DNA of 64,000 nt, from positions 288,001 to 352,000 of the forward strand of contig CAVYRH010000026.1 of assembly GCA_963770835.1 (NCBI GenBank), given 5' to 3'. The DNA comes from an uncultured Pseudomonadota bacterium. Its GTDB lineage: Bacteria; Oederibacteriota; Muellerivitia; Muellerivitales; Muellerivitaceae. Of the stretch, positions 11,512-20,713 are shown in pieces (position 1 is the first letter of the stretch; each line of letters begins with the position of its first letter). The notes beneath the pieces were generated by a model that ran no database searches, had not been told where the DNA came from, and saw only the letters and a program-made list of their open reading frames with translations. The translations under genes and the position numbers were made by a program.

Positions 11512-14500
11512 CCCGGTTATGGCTCCCTGACCTATGGCCTTATCAACGCTTCCGGCATATTCATTGCCGGCGGGGTGGCGGCGGACCCCAACCCCGCCCA
11601 CCACCGGATCTACGTATGGGACGCAGGTAACAGCCGCATCCTAGGTTTCAGCAATACCACCCTCTTCCAACCCAATTCGACGGCTACTTCCTTGGGCTAT
11701 ACCGCCGACATCGTCCTAGGCCAGCCGGACTTCAACCACGCAGGATGCAACGGCGACAGCAACGACCAGCTTTGGCCCAACTATGTCCCTCCCAGCCAAA
11801 CCTCCCTTTGCGGCATGTGGCAAAGACAGGGTTCTATTTCGGAAGGGGGGTCCCAATCCGCTATGGCGGTGGACCCGGCCACGGGAGACCTTTACGTGGC
11901 GGACGTCTTCAACAACCGGGTTTTACGCTTCGCTTACGGCAGTTTGATTTCCGGCGCCGAGGGGGTGTCGGCTGCCGGCGTCTGGGGACAGCCCGATTAC
12001 AGCAGCTTTCTGGTCAATCAAGGCTTTTCCGGCCCTACTAACTCCACCCTGTTTTTTTCGGGAACTTCCACTCCTTCTTTGGTCGGGCCTTGCGCGAATG
12101 GCGCCGGTTACTATGCCACGGGCGTGGGCTTCGATTCCAATCACAATTTGTGGGTGGCGGATAGCGCGAATAACCGCGTCCTGCGGTTCCCCTCGGGCAC
12201 CGGAGGCATCCCCCAGTCCACGGCGGACCTGGTGCTGGGCCAGGCGAGCTTCTATGTCAACGGCACCACCAATATGACCGTTCCCACCGCCGTCAGAGTC
12301 GACGGTTACGGGAACGTTTATGTCGTGGATTATGGGGCCCCGGCCGGGCGAATCCTGGTTTTCAACCAAACCACTTATTCCGGACTTTCGGCGGACACGA
12401 TACCCGACCTCGTTTACACGAATAGCGCGGTGGTGAAAAGCTTGGGGGGTATCGATATGGATAATTCGGGCAACCTTTGGGCGGCCAACGGCGGGGACGG
12501 GGGATACCCGGGCAGCAACCTCATCACCGAACTTGAACCCCTTTACTCGGGGACCTCGGTGACCGGGTTCCAGGTCATCAATGCCTTGGGCCAGGACACC
12601 CTGCCCCCCACGCCTCCCAGCGGTTCCTACGGCGAGTCGGGGCCGGATTTTTCCTTTATCGCGGGAGGAAGCGTTTTTTCCGCCTTCCTCGAGGTGGCCC
12701 TGGTGGCGGTGGACGGCAGCGGCAATGTTTACGCCTTCGGCAAGGGAGGCACGGCCGGCCTGTTCCGGTTCCCGGCACCCATCCCCACGCCCCAGGTGGG
12801 GAAGTCCTATTCGGCCGACGTGGATATTTTCAAACAAACCGCGGCGGGCGGGGGCGACCAGGTGGGAATGAACGGATTGGTACAGCCCTTCGGAGTGGCC
12901 GTGGCCGACGACAATACTTCCTCGCGCCAATTGATCGTGGCGGACAGCTTCCGATTGGATTACTGGAACATGGGCTCGACCGGACCCACCGCCCTTACCA
13001 CATACCAACCTCCCGACGGCTACGCCGGGGTGAGCAGCAGCAACGTCACCATCCCCGGTTTGACCGGGAATTCTTTCACCCGCATCCGGGTGGACCATTC
13101 CAGCGGGGCCACCGGATCCCAGCACCTCTGGGTGATCGCCCAGGAACAAACGGCCCAGATCTACAAACTTCCCCTGGCCGATTACGCTTCCGCCTCCTCC
13201 GCCGTAAATACCAACATTCCCGTCCTGGGCGCGCCGGTTTCCCTCGTGGATTGGACGGGGCAGGGAGGATTGAGCGGCCTTAACGACCTGATGCCGCAAG
13301 GCAGCGTATCGGCGCCCTACGCCAGCGGACCCGTCTCCTATTTATGGGTTGCGGATAACATCCACGGCCGTATTTTCCGCGTCAGGGACCCCTTGGGGCG
13401 GTTGGGCTTGGGACCGGTGGTGGACATCCTCATCGGACAAACCACCGCCGCCAACAATACCTGCTCTAATTTCGGGACCGTGGGTACAAGCGGGTGCGCG
13501 GGCAACATTCCCGAGAACCAATACACCCTCAACTGGCCAGGATCGGTGGGGTTGGACCATGCCGGGAACCTTTACGTGAACGATTTTTCCCTGGAAACAG
13601 CCGGAAACTGGAGGCTCTTGGAATACGACGAATCGGAGATTGCCCAGGCCACGCAAAATTCCATTTCCACGGGCCAAATCCAGTTCCTCAGTAATTCCGT
13701 TTCTTATACGGGCGCCACCCACGTTTACGGCCAAAACGGGTCCTTCACCTCTTCCTGCGCAACGGCCCCCCCGCCTTCCAACCCCATAGCGAGTGCCTGC
13801 ATGCCCCTCCAGGCGGCCTTTCCCTCGAACGACCAGGCCATGGTGGTGGAGGGCTTTGAAGGGGTCCCGCAGGTGATACCCAGCCCTCATACGAATTTTG
13901 ACCCCAACAACTCCACCCTGCCTTGGACGCACTTGAACGACTTTTACTCCAACATGTATTCCGACACTTTTGACGGGCAGAACAACCTTTATACAGTGGA
14001 CAACAACCGGGCCCGGTTGCTGGTTTATTACAATCCTGTCCCCGACCCCACCCCCACCCCCACGGGAACCTTGACCCCCGTGCCGACCCCCACCTCCACC
14101 ATCACCCCGACCCCGGGATGCTTCCAAGTGATAGGACCCCTGCCCAGCCCGACCGCCGGGTTTGTGGGCCCCGCCGGGATCGCGGTGGATTACGCCCATA
14201 ACCTCCTTTACGTGGCGAATTCCGGAAAGCAAACGGTGGAGGTCTATGGTTATTCCGCCGGAAGCTTACCCAACTACTTGGGCCCCCTCCAAGGGGTCGC
14301 CTTGAGCGTCAGCCACCTGGCCCTGGACCAATCCGGCAACCTTTATCTGGTGAGCGGCGCCCAGGTTTACAAAACCGCCCTGGGCGGCAGCGGGCTCACC
14401 GCCTCCTCCCTGACCCCGATCCTCACCCTTTCCTACGCCATCAACGGCCTTTACGTGGACCGGACCGGCGGGATCCTCTATCTCACCGAGGCACAGAGCA

Positions 14501-15531
14501 CCGGGACCGTGGTGGACCGTTTTGACGGGTCCGGCACCAGTTATTCCCTGACTCAAACCCTCACCAACTCCGTTTTTGCCGCAAGCACCTTGACCGGTAT
14601 CCTGGTGGAGCCCACGGGGCCCAACCAGAACACCATTTATGTGGCGGACTACTTTTCCTACGTCATCCGGGGCCTTTCGGAAACCTGGAGCGCGGGAGTG
14701 ACCACTTACGGAACAGCCCCCTTCACCACCAGTATTTCCACCATCCTCAGCTATCCCCTCGACATCCAAACCGACCTGGCGGGGAATATCTACGTGGCCA
14801 ACGTCATCAGTTCGGTGGATGTCTTCTCCCCGACCAGCGACCCCACCGTTTGGTTTTACCAGCACAATATCCCGGTTCCCTACGGGCCTTATGGGATCGG
14901 GATCGACCAATTTGGCGAAATTTTCGCCAGCACCCATCCTTCTAACCCCAACGATGCTGTCCTGAAGATCCGGGGTTGCGAGACGGAACCCAGCTTGACG
15001 CCCACCGGAACCCCGTTCACCCCCACACCGACCGGGACCCCCACCAACACGCCTTCGGCAACACCCTCCAATACAACCATCTCAACGGCCACGAACAGCC
15101 CCACTTCCACCCCCACCCTTACGCCAACCTTCACCTCTTCCGCCACCCCGAGTTATTCCCCCACCATCACCCCGACCTTCACCCCCAGCTCGACTCCCAC
15201 GGCAAGCCCCACAGTGACGCCCACCTCCACGATCACTTCCACCGCCACCGAAGGCTGCCACGCCCCGGTGTGCTACCCCAACCCGGTGAAAGGGGGGAAC
15301 CAATTTTCACTGCATTTGTCCCCCTGCGACCAAGTACCGGGAATCAGGATCAAACTCTACACCCTGGCTTTCCGGAAGGTCTTGGACACCCAGTTCAATT
15401 CCTCTTCCGGCGCGGTTTGGGACGTGGATTTGACGGACAACTGGGGGTCTCCTTTGGCCAACGGGCTTTATTACCTGGTTATCGAACGGCCGGAAGGCAG
15501 AGTGATTGAAAAACTGCTTATTTTGCGCTGA
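11383..15531 (+). CDS. Large secreted NHL-repeat protein, paralog of 6192-11258, with T/P stalk and CTD
   Basis: Same N-terminus QPVRGVAGDLWAD-VLGQ and shared blocks (PAPIPTP...SADVD, PVVDI..GQ, THLNDF). C-terminal YPNP...LANGLYYL...KLLILR. Confidence 0.85.
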   Translation: MYSLARFKTFLPFFLLFFLPAFSQAQPVRGVAGDLWADLVLGQPGYGSLTYGLINASGIFIAGGVAADPNPAHHRIYVWDAGNSRILGFSNTTLFQPNSTATSLGYTADIVLGQPDFNHAGCNGDSNDQLWPNYVPPSQTSLCGMWQRQGSISEGGSQSAMAVDPATGDLYVADVFNNRVLRFAYGSLISGAEGVSAAGVWGQPDYSSFLVNQGFSGPTNSTLFFSGTSTPSLVGPCANGAGYYATGVGFDSNHNLWVADSANNRVLRFPSGTGGIPQSTADLVLGQASFYVNGTTNMTVPTAVRVDGYGNVYVVDYGAPAGRILVFNQTTYSGLSADTIPDLVYTNSAVVKSLGGIDMDNSGNLWAANGGDGGYPGSNLITELEPLYSGTSVTGFQVINALGQDTLPPTPPSGSYGESGPDFSFIAGGSVFSAFLEVALVAVDGSGNVYAFGKGGTAGLFRFPAPIPTPQVGKSYSADVDIFKQTAAGGGDQVGMNGLVQPFGVAVADDNTSSRQLIVADSFRLDYWNMGSTGPTALTTYQPPDGYAGVSSSNVTIPGLTGNSFTRIRVDHSSGATGSQHLWVIAQEQTAQIYKLPLADYASASSAVNTNIPVLGAPVSLVDWTGQGGLSGLNDLMPQGSVSAPYASGPVSYLWVADNIHGRIFRVRDPLGRLGLGPVVDILIGQTTAANNTCSNFGTVGTSGCAGNIPENQYTLNWPGSVGLDHAGNLYVNDFSLETAGNWRLLEYDESEIAQATQNSISTGQIQFLSNSVSYTGATHVYGQNGSFTSSCATAPPPSNPIASACMPLQAAFPSNDQAMVVEGFEGVPQVIPSPHTNFDPNNSTLPWTHLNDFYSNMYSDTFDGQNNLYTVDNNRARLLVYYNPVPDPTPTPTGTLTPVPTPTSTITPTPGCFQVIGPLPSPTAGFVGPAGIAVDYAHNLLYVANSGKQTVEVYGYSAGSLPNYLGPLQGVALSVSHLALDQSGNLYLVSGAQVYKTALGGSGLTASSLTPILTLSYAINGLYVDRTGGILYLTEAQSTGTVVDRFDGSGTSYSLTQTLTNSVFAASTLTGILVEPTGPNQNTIYVADYFSYVIRGLSETWSAGVTTYGTAPFTTSISTILSYPLDIQTDLAGNIYVANVISSVDVFSPTSDPTVWFYQHNIPVPYGPYGIGIDQFGEIFASTHPSNPNDAVLKIRGCETEPSLTPTGTPFTPTPTGTPTNTPSATPSNTTISTATNSPTSTPTLTPTFTSSATPSYSPTITPTFTPSSTPTASPTVTPTSTITSTATEGCHAPVCYPNPVKGGNQFSLHLSPCDQVPGIRIKLYTLAFRKVLDTQFNSSSGAVWDVDLTDNWGSPLANGLYYLVIERPEGRVIEKLLILR

Positions 15532-15629
15532 TTTCATTCACTTTTTAAGGTATGAGCTGCATTCTATGGCCGTTTTTTATTTTGAATTAAATTAAGGGTG
15601 ATCCGTCTAGAAGCTGAGAGTGCCCTTAT

Positions 15630-18600
15630 ATGAAAACAGCCCTATTGCCCATCCTTATTCTCACGACCGTTTGCGGGTTGGCCCCCGTTTATGCCCAGAC
15701 GTCTACCCCCACGTATACTCCCACCGATTCGCCAACCTCCGGCATTGACCCGACGATCACCATGACCTTTACCTTCACCCCCACGCCTTGCGTGACGGAT
15801 ACCGGTACCTATACCCCGACGGGGACCTTTACCGGAACTCCCACGACGGACCCGGGGACGGCAACGACCACCCAAACACCTACCAACACGCCCACCAATT
15901 CAGTGACTCCGACCACCACTGTCTTTTACACCCTTCAGGTCGTGATTTACACCAATGATCCTTACGGCGCGGATTCGGTTGTCTCATCCCCCGCCGGGGT
16001 CAGTTGCGTTAGTTATGGAGGCAGTAGCAGTGGGGCGTGTTCCGCTACTTTCGCAGCGGGGACAGCGGTTACTTTGACAACAACCGGTGTTAATGACGTA
16101 TTTTATAATTTCACGGGTTCTCTTACGGGGCTCAATAACATCTTGACGATAAACCAAAATTGCGCCGTAACGGCGTGGTTTGCTACCACTACGAATACTC
16201 CAACCAGCACTGCAACGAACACATTTATTTCCACTCCCACCAACACCCGCACCAATACGCCAACCAACACCCCCACTCAAACTTATACAAGCACCCCCAC
16301 CACCAGCCCGACGGGCACTATCACGCCTGCGATTACTTCCACGCCCACCAATACTCCTACCCTTACCGTAACAAGCACAAGTTGCAACACACCCACCGCT
16401 ACCTCTTTCAACACAGTCACCGCCACCCCGACCAACACGGCCACGAACACTGCGACGAATACCCCCACCTCAACACCGTCGTCCACCCCAACCAATTCCC
16501 CCACTATTACAAGCACACCTACGGTAACACCAACCAACTGCGGGCCTGGTACCGCCTTGGATTTGAGTTGGAGCACCATGGCCCCTATGCCGACTAGCCG
16601 GAGCGGGAACGCGAGTGGGGTTGTGAACGGGATTGTATACGTGGTTGGAGGGTTGAACAACAATGGTTGGTTAAACACCGTGGAAGCCTATGACCCCTCA
16701 ACCAACAGCTGGTCGACCAAGGCTTCCATGCCCACTGCCAGGAGCGGCTTGGCGGTCGGTGTTGTGAATGGGATCTTATACGCCATAGGCGGAGCAAGCA
16801 GTCCCTATAATTCATTGAACGCCGTGGAAGCCTATGATCCCTCAACTGACAGTTGGTCAACTAAGGCTTCTATGCCCACTGCCAGGAGCGGCTTAGCGGT
16901 AGGGGTATTAAATGGTGTTCTATACGCCGTTGGCGGTTATAACGGCGGTGATATCAGCACGGTTGAGGCTTATGACCCCACCACGGATAGTTGGACTTCC
17001 AAAACATCTATGGCAACTCCGCGATATGGACTAACGGTTGGGGTGGTGAACGGCAATTTATACGCCATTGGGGGTTTGTATTTTAACAATACGTTGGTCA
17101 AGAATATCTACTTGAGCAGCGTTGAAGCTTACAACCCTGCCGCAAATACATGGACCAACAAATCGCCCATGCCCACGGCCCGGTATGGGTTATCAAGCGA
17201 CGTAGTAGATGGGATTTTGTATGCCATCGGAGGATCAAACAACAGTTACGGATCCGGGTATGTCAATGCCGTGGAAGCTTATAATGCCGGATCGGATACC
17301 TGGGCCCCCAAGGTCTCTATGCCGACTTCCAGGTCGTTTCTGTCGGTTGGCGCGGTTAATAGGGTTCTCTATGCCGTGGGAGGAGGGGATAATTCCAGCG
17401 ATTGGATAACTTTGAATGAGGCGGGCGCGATCATTTGCCTTCCCTATACCGCCTCTCCGACAGCCACTACCACTGGAACTCCAACCCCAACTTTAACTGC
17501 TACACCTAGTGGTACATGGTTTACTTCAACGCCAACAAACTCCATTACTGCAACATTCACAAATACGACTACTTTTTCACCCACGAACACCACGACCACT
17601 ACACCCACGAATACCGTAAGCAACACCCCCGCGACGGACCCTGGGACGGCCACCCCCACTTGGACAGCTAGCAACACCCCGACCAACAGTCCCACTATGA
17701 ATCCCGGGACCAATACTCCTACGGCCTGCCCCACCAATACGACGGTCAACACTGTTACAAATACGGCGACGTCCACCGCCACCAACACTCCAACCGTCAC
17801 AGCCACAGGGACTTTGCCGACGGGCACCTTCACCGGGACCCCGACCGAAACGCCCACCGTCACCCCAACCGGAACCTTCACGAATACACCCACCATTACC
17901 AACACCTATACCGTTACGGAAACCCCGACCCCCACCATGACCTTCTCCGCCACCAATACACCCACTAACAGCTTTACCCCCAACCCCACGGCCACGGCTT
18001 GTTTGGGTTATGGCTACCTGGGAACCACCAGTATGGTGGGCACTTCCGGGAATTCCACATTTAACACATTACGATTGAACGCTTATTTAGCCATTTACAA
18101 CACGACTCTCTACAATATTTCAGCTTATATGGCCTCGAACACAACTTATGGGTTGGCGGTTTACGCGGACAATGGTAGTGGCACCTTGCCGACCACCCTT
18201 TTGGCCCAATCGGGGCAGCAAACGGCACCATCCACAAACGGTTGGGTGACCAATAATCTTTCCCAACCGGTCCCCGTCGTCACTGGAAATACTTACTGGA
18301 TAGGAATGGTGACCGCCCCCGGGGGAGGGTGCTACGGCATGGGCAATGGCACGACTGAAGCCTACCAGTCGGTTTCCCTGTACGGCTCCCTGCCGGTATC
18401 TTTCACGGGTACAACCAGTTCCAGCCCGGGATGGCTTTTCTCGGTTTACGCCAGCGGCTGTCCGGGTCCGACCCTTACTGCGACACCTACCGGGACTTGG
18501 TACACGCCGACATGGACCTCAACCAATACCCCCACCATCACCTCCACACCCACCAACACGGTGACGAGTACAGCCACCAGTTCTCCCGCAAATATGGCCT

Positions 18601-19178
18601 CTTTCACTCCCACTAATACTCCCACCAACACGTCCACGTTCAGCATCGACCCGACACCCATAACCGATCCAGGAACGTTTACTCCTACACCAACTCCAAC
18701 AACCTCATCTACTCCCACCAACAGCCCGACGCCGGGAATAGATCCCACGCCCGTGACCGATCCGGGGACCCCGACTTGGACACCCACCAGCACCACCAAC
18801 AACACTTACACTTTTACTCCGACGCCTTGCGTTACCTACACGCCTACGCCGACGGCTTCGCCCGCGCACCCCACCCTCACCTCGACGCCCTCCAACCAGC
18901 CTCCGGCGAAGGTTTATCCCAACCCGGCGACAGGGCCTGGTCCGGTGACCTTGCAGTTGAACCTCTCTTCCCCGGCTGGCAGTGTGGTCGTCCAAGTCCT
19001 GACCACCTCCGGACGCCAGGTGAATCGGATTGTCCTGACGAACGTCCCTAAGGGAATCAGCGATTTCGCCCTTCCCTTGATGGATAAAAACGGAGTGCCG
19101 CTCGCGAACGGTCTTTATTACGTCTCGATCACGACACCCCAAGGCCGTTCCATCCTCAAACTCTTGGTACTCCGATAA
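15630..19178 (+). CDS. Secreted Kelch-repeat protein with InlB-B-like domain, T/P stalks and CTD
   Basis: Signal peptide (VYA|Q). Six Kelch repeats (MPTARSGLAVGVVNGILYAIGG...VEAYDP..DSW). V.SSPAGVSC...CSATFAAGTAVTLT module. YPNP...LANGLYYV...KLLVLR. Confidence 0.85.
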   Translation: MKTALLPILILTTVCGLAPVYAQTSTPTYTPTDSPTSGIDPTITMTFTFTPTPCVTDTGTYTPTGTFTGTPTTDPGTATTTQTPTNTPTNSVTPTTTVFYTLQVVIYTNDPYGADSVVSSPAGVSCVSYGGSSSGACSATFAAGTAVTLTTTGVNDVFYNFTGSLTGLNNILTINQNCAVTAWFATTTNTPTSTATNTFISTPTNTRTNTPTNTPTQTYTSTPTTSPTGTITPAITSTPTNTPTLTVTSTSCNTPTATSFNTVTATPTNTATNTATNTPTSTPSSTPTNSPTITSTPTVTPTNCGPGTALDLSWSTMAPMPTSRSGNASGVVNGIVYVVGGLNNNGWLNTVEAYDPSTNSWSTKASMPTARSGLAVGVVNGILYAIGGASSPYNSLNAVEAYDPSTDSWSTKASMPTARSGLAVGVLNGVLYAVGGYNGGDISTVEAYDPTTDSWTSKTSMATPRYGLTVGVVNGNLYAIGGLYFNNTLVKNIYLSSVEAYNPAANTWTNKSPMPTARYGLSSDVVDGILYAIGGSNNSYGSGYVNAVEAYNAGSDTWAPKVSMPTSRSFLSVGAVNRVLYAVGGGDNSSDWITLNEAGAIICLPYTASPTATTTGTPTPTLTATPSGTWFTSTPTNSITATFTNTTTFSPTNTTTTTPTNTVSNTPATDPGTATPTWTASNTPTNSPTMNPGTNTPTACPTNTTVNTVTNTATSTATNTPTVTATGTLPTGTFTGTPTETPTVTPTGTFTNTPTITNTYTVTETPTPTMTFSATNTPTNSFTPNPTATACLGYGYLGTTSMVGTSGNSTFNTLRLNAYLAIYNTTLYNISAYMASNTTYGLAVYADNGSGTLPTTLLAQSGQQTAPSTNGWVTNNLSQPVPVVTGNTYWIGMVTAPGGGCYGMGNGTTEAYQSVSLYGSLPVSFTGTTSSSPGWLFSVYASGCPGPTLTATPTGTWYTPTWTSTNTPTITSTPTNTVTSTATSSPANMASFTPTNTPTNTSTFSIDPTPITDPGTFTPTPTPTTSSTPTNSPTPGIDPTPVTDPGTPTWTPTSTTNNTYTFTPTPCVTYTPTPTASPAHPTLTSTPSNQPPAKVYPNPATGPGPVTLQLNLSSPAGSVVVQVLTTSGRQVNRIVLTNVPKGISDFALPLMDKNGVPLANGLYYVSITTPQGRSILKLLVLR

Positions 19179-19271
19179 TTCGACCTGAAATTGGTTTTTT
19201 CCCCTAAGCCCAGAACCCGTTTTCCAACCTTTTGAACATTCACTCCCTGGCTTATAATTCAATGCACGGTT

Positions 19272-19287
19272 ATGAAACCGGTTTCAT
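19272..19287. promoter_or_regulatory. Perfect 16-bp palindrome ATGAAACCGGTTTCAT, LacI-family operator-like
   Basis: Perfect dyad with central CG and A/T flanks, ~150 bp upstream of the ECF sigma gene. Resembles the LacI/GalR operator shape. Confidence 0.55.
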
Positions 19288-19394
19288 TCCTGTTGAGAAC
19301 CACGCCGACCCTTGAATAACCAATAAGCCAATTTTTATCCGGCGCCTGTTTATGGCCCTGGAAAAGCGTTTTTTCGCGAAATCGAAATGAGCAT

Positions 19395-19422
19395 GGAATA
19401 TTTCGGCCCGAAAGGGTACTAA
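19395..19422 (+). promoter_or_regulatory. Putative ECF-sigma promoter GGAATA-N17-ACTAA
   Basis: Ends 16 bp upstream of the sigma start. The analogous GGAATA-N18-ACTAA precedes the second sigma (53687-53715). Confidence 0.5.
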
Positions 19423-19438
19423 GTCGATAGGAGTTCCT

Positions 19439-20008
19439 TTGGACGAACGGGAACTGGTCGGACAGATCCTCAGGGGCGACGAAAAGGCCAAAACGAAGTT
19501 TTACCGGGCCTACCAACAAAAGCTTTACAGCTTTTGCGTTTATTTTATGGGGTCGAATGACCCGGAGATCGAGGACATTCTCCAGGAAGCTTTCCTGGCC
19601 GCGTTCCAAAAGTTGGGCCAGTTTGAGTTCCGCTCCAGCCTGGACACCTGGCTGACCCAGATCTGCATCCACCAATGTTACCGGCACTTCCGCAAGCGCG
19701 GACGGACGGTGGCCCAGGCGGAAGAAGACCTGGAGCAGCGGCTCAAGCCCCGTGCCATGGAAGCCGCCGATAAGGCGGAAAGGGAAACGGACCGGAAGCA
19801 CAAGATGGAAACCATCGACCGGGCCCTGGAAAACATGGGCGAACCCTGCAAGCAAATGCTCCGGTTGAGGGTCAAGGAAGGCGCCAGTTACATCGAAATA
19901 GCGCGTTCCTTGAAGGTGCCGATAGGGACCGTGATGTCCCGGCTGGCCCGTTGCACGGCCACCCTGAAGGAAAGGGTGGAAGGGATGATGGAAGAAGGAA
20001 AGAAATGA
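19439..20008 (+). CDS. ECF RNA polymerase sigma-70 factor (cassette 1)
   Basis: Region 2 EDILQEAFL...FEFRSSLDTWL and region 4 SYIEIA..LKVPIGTVMSRL. TTG start with AGGAG RBS. Confidence 0.92.
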   Translation: MDERELVGQILRGDEKAKTKFYRAYQQKLYSFCVYFMGSNDPEIEDILQEAFLAAFQKLGQFEFRSSLDTWLTQICIHQCYRHFRKRGRTVAQAEEDLEQRLKPRAMEAADKAERETDRKHKMETIDRALENMGEPCKQMLRLRVKEGASYIEIARSLKVPIGTVMSRLARCTATLKERVEGMMEEGKK

Positions 20009-20673
20009 CCAACTTGGTGAACGAATTTTTCAACCGGAACCTGACCGAAGCCGAAGCCCAGACCTTGGAAGAACTTTTGGGAAAGTCCCCGGAAGACGCC
20101 CTTCGTTTCGGGGAGAAAATAAAGCAGGAATACTTTGCCATGGGCCTGACCGTTCCCGAAATCCCGAGGCACTGGGGACTGCCGCACGGCACCGCGCCCC
20201 TGTCCCTCTTGAAAGCCGCAATCGCGGCGGCCTTGCTGGCCGGAGCCGGGGCTCTGGGGTGGCATTTTTGGAAGCCCACATCGCCCCTGAAGTCGACCGC
20301 AACCATGCCCTCCCAGTCGGCACCCCAACTCGTCCCCGCTTTGCCACCGCTGGCAGTCAAGCCCCAGGCCGCCCTGCCGCCCCCGCCCCTGGAAATCCCG
20401 GAAAGGCTTGGAGGGGCCAGCGAAGAGGGGAACCGCCTCAGCGTGGTAGTGGAATTGGACAAACCCGCGCCGGTGGAGGTCTGTATCCTTGACCCGAAGG
20501 ATCAAAGGATACGCACCCTTTACCAGGGAAGCCTCCCGGAAGGAAAATGGGCGATCCATTGGGATGGCCTCCTTTCCGACGGATCCAAGGCCCCCACGGG
20601 GAACTACCACATCCTCGTCAAGTCCGGCGCTACTCAAATGTCCAAGAATGTGAGCGTTGAAACGGGCCGATAG
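20005..20673 (+). CDS. Putative anti-sigma factor: cytoplasmic helical domain, one TM helix, Pro-rich linker, C-terminal FlgD-Ig/CTD-like domain
   Basis: ATGA overlap with the sigma stop. TM AAIAAALLAGAGALGWHFW. C-terminal IRTLYQG...IHWDGLLSDGSKAPTGNYHI motif. Anti-sigma role is inferred from position and topology. Confidence 0.75.
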   Translation: MTNLVNEFFNRNLTEAEAQTLEELLGKSPEDALRFGEKIKQEYFAMGLTVPEIPRHWGLPHGTAPLSLLKAAIAAALLAGAGALGWHFWKPTSPLKSTATMPSQSAPQLVPALPPLAVKPQAALPPPPLEIPERLGGASEEGNRLSVVVELDKPAPVEVCILDPKDQRIRTLYQGSLPEGKWAIHWDGLLSDGSKAPTGNYHILVKSGATQMSKNVSVETGR

Positions 20674-20713
20674 TTTTTAATTGCCGCGATAGGAAGAGCC
20701 TTTCCGGGGTGTT

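Noticed and set aside
20005..20673. FlgD-like domains as flagellar hook-cap genes
   Set aside because: No flagellar context. Only the Ig-like domain is present, fused to a TM protein or secreted cargo.
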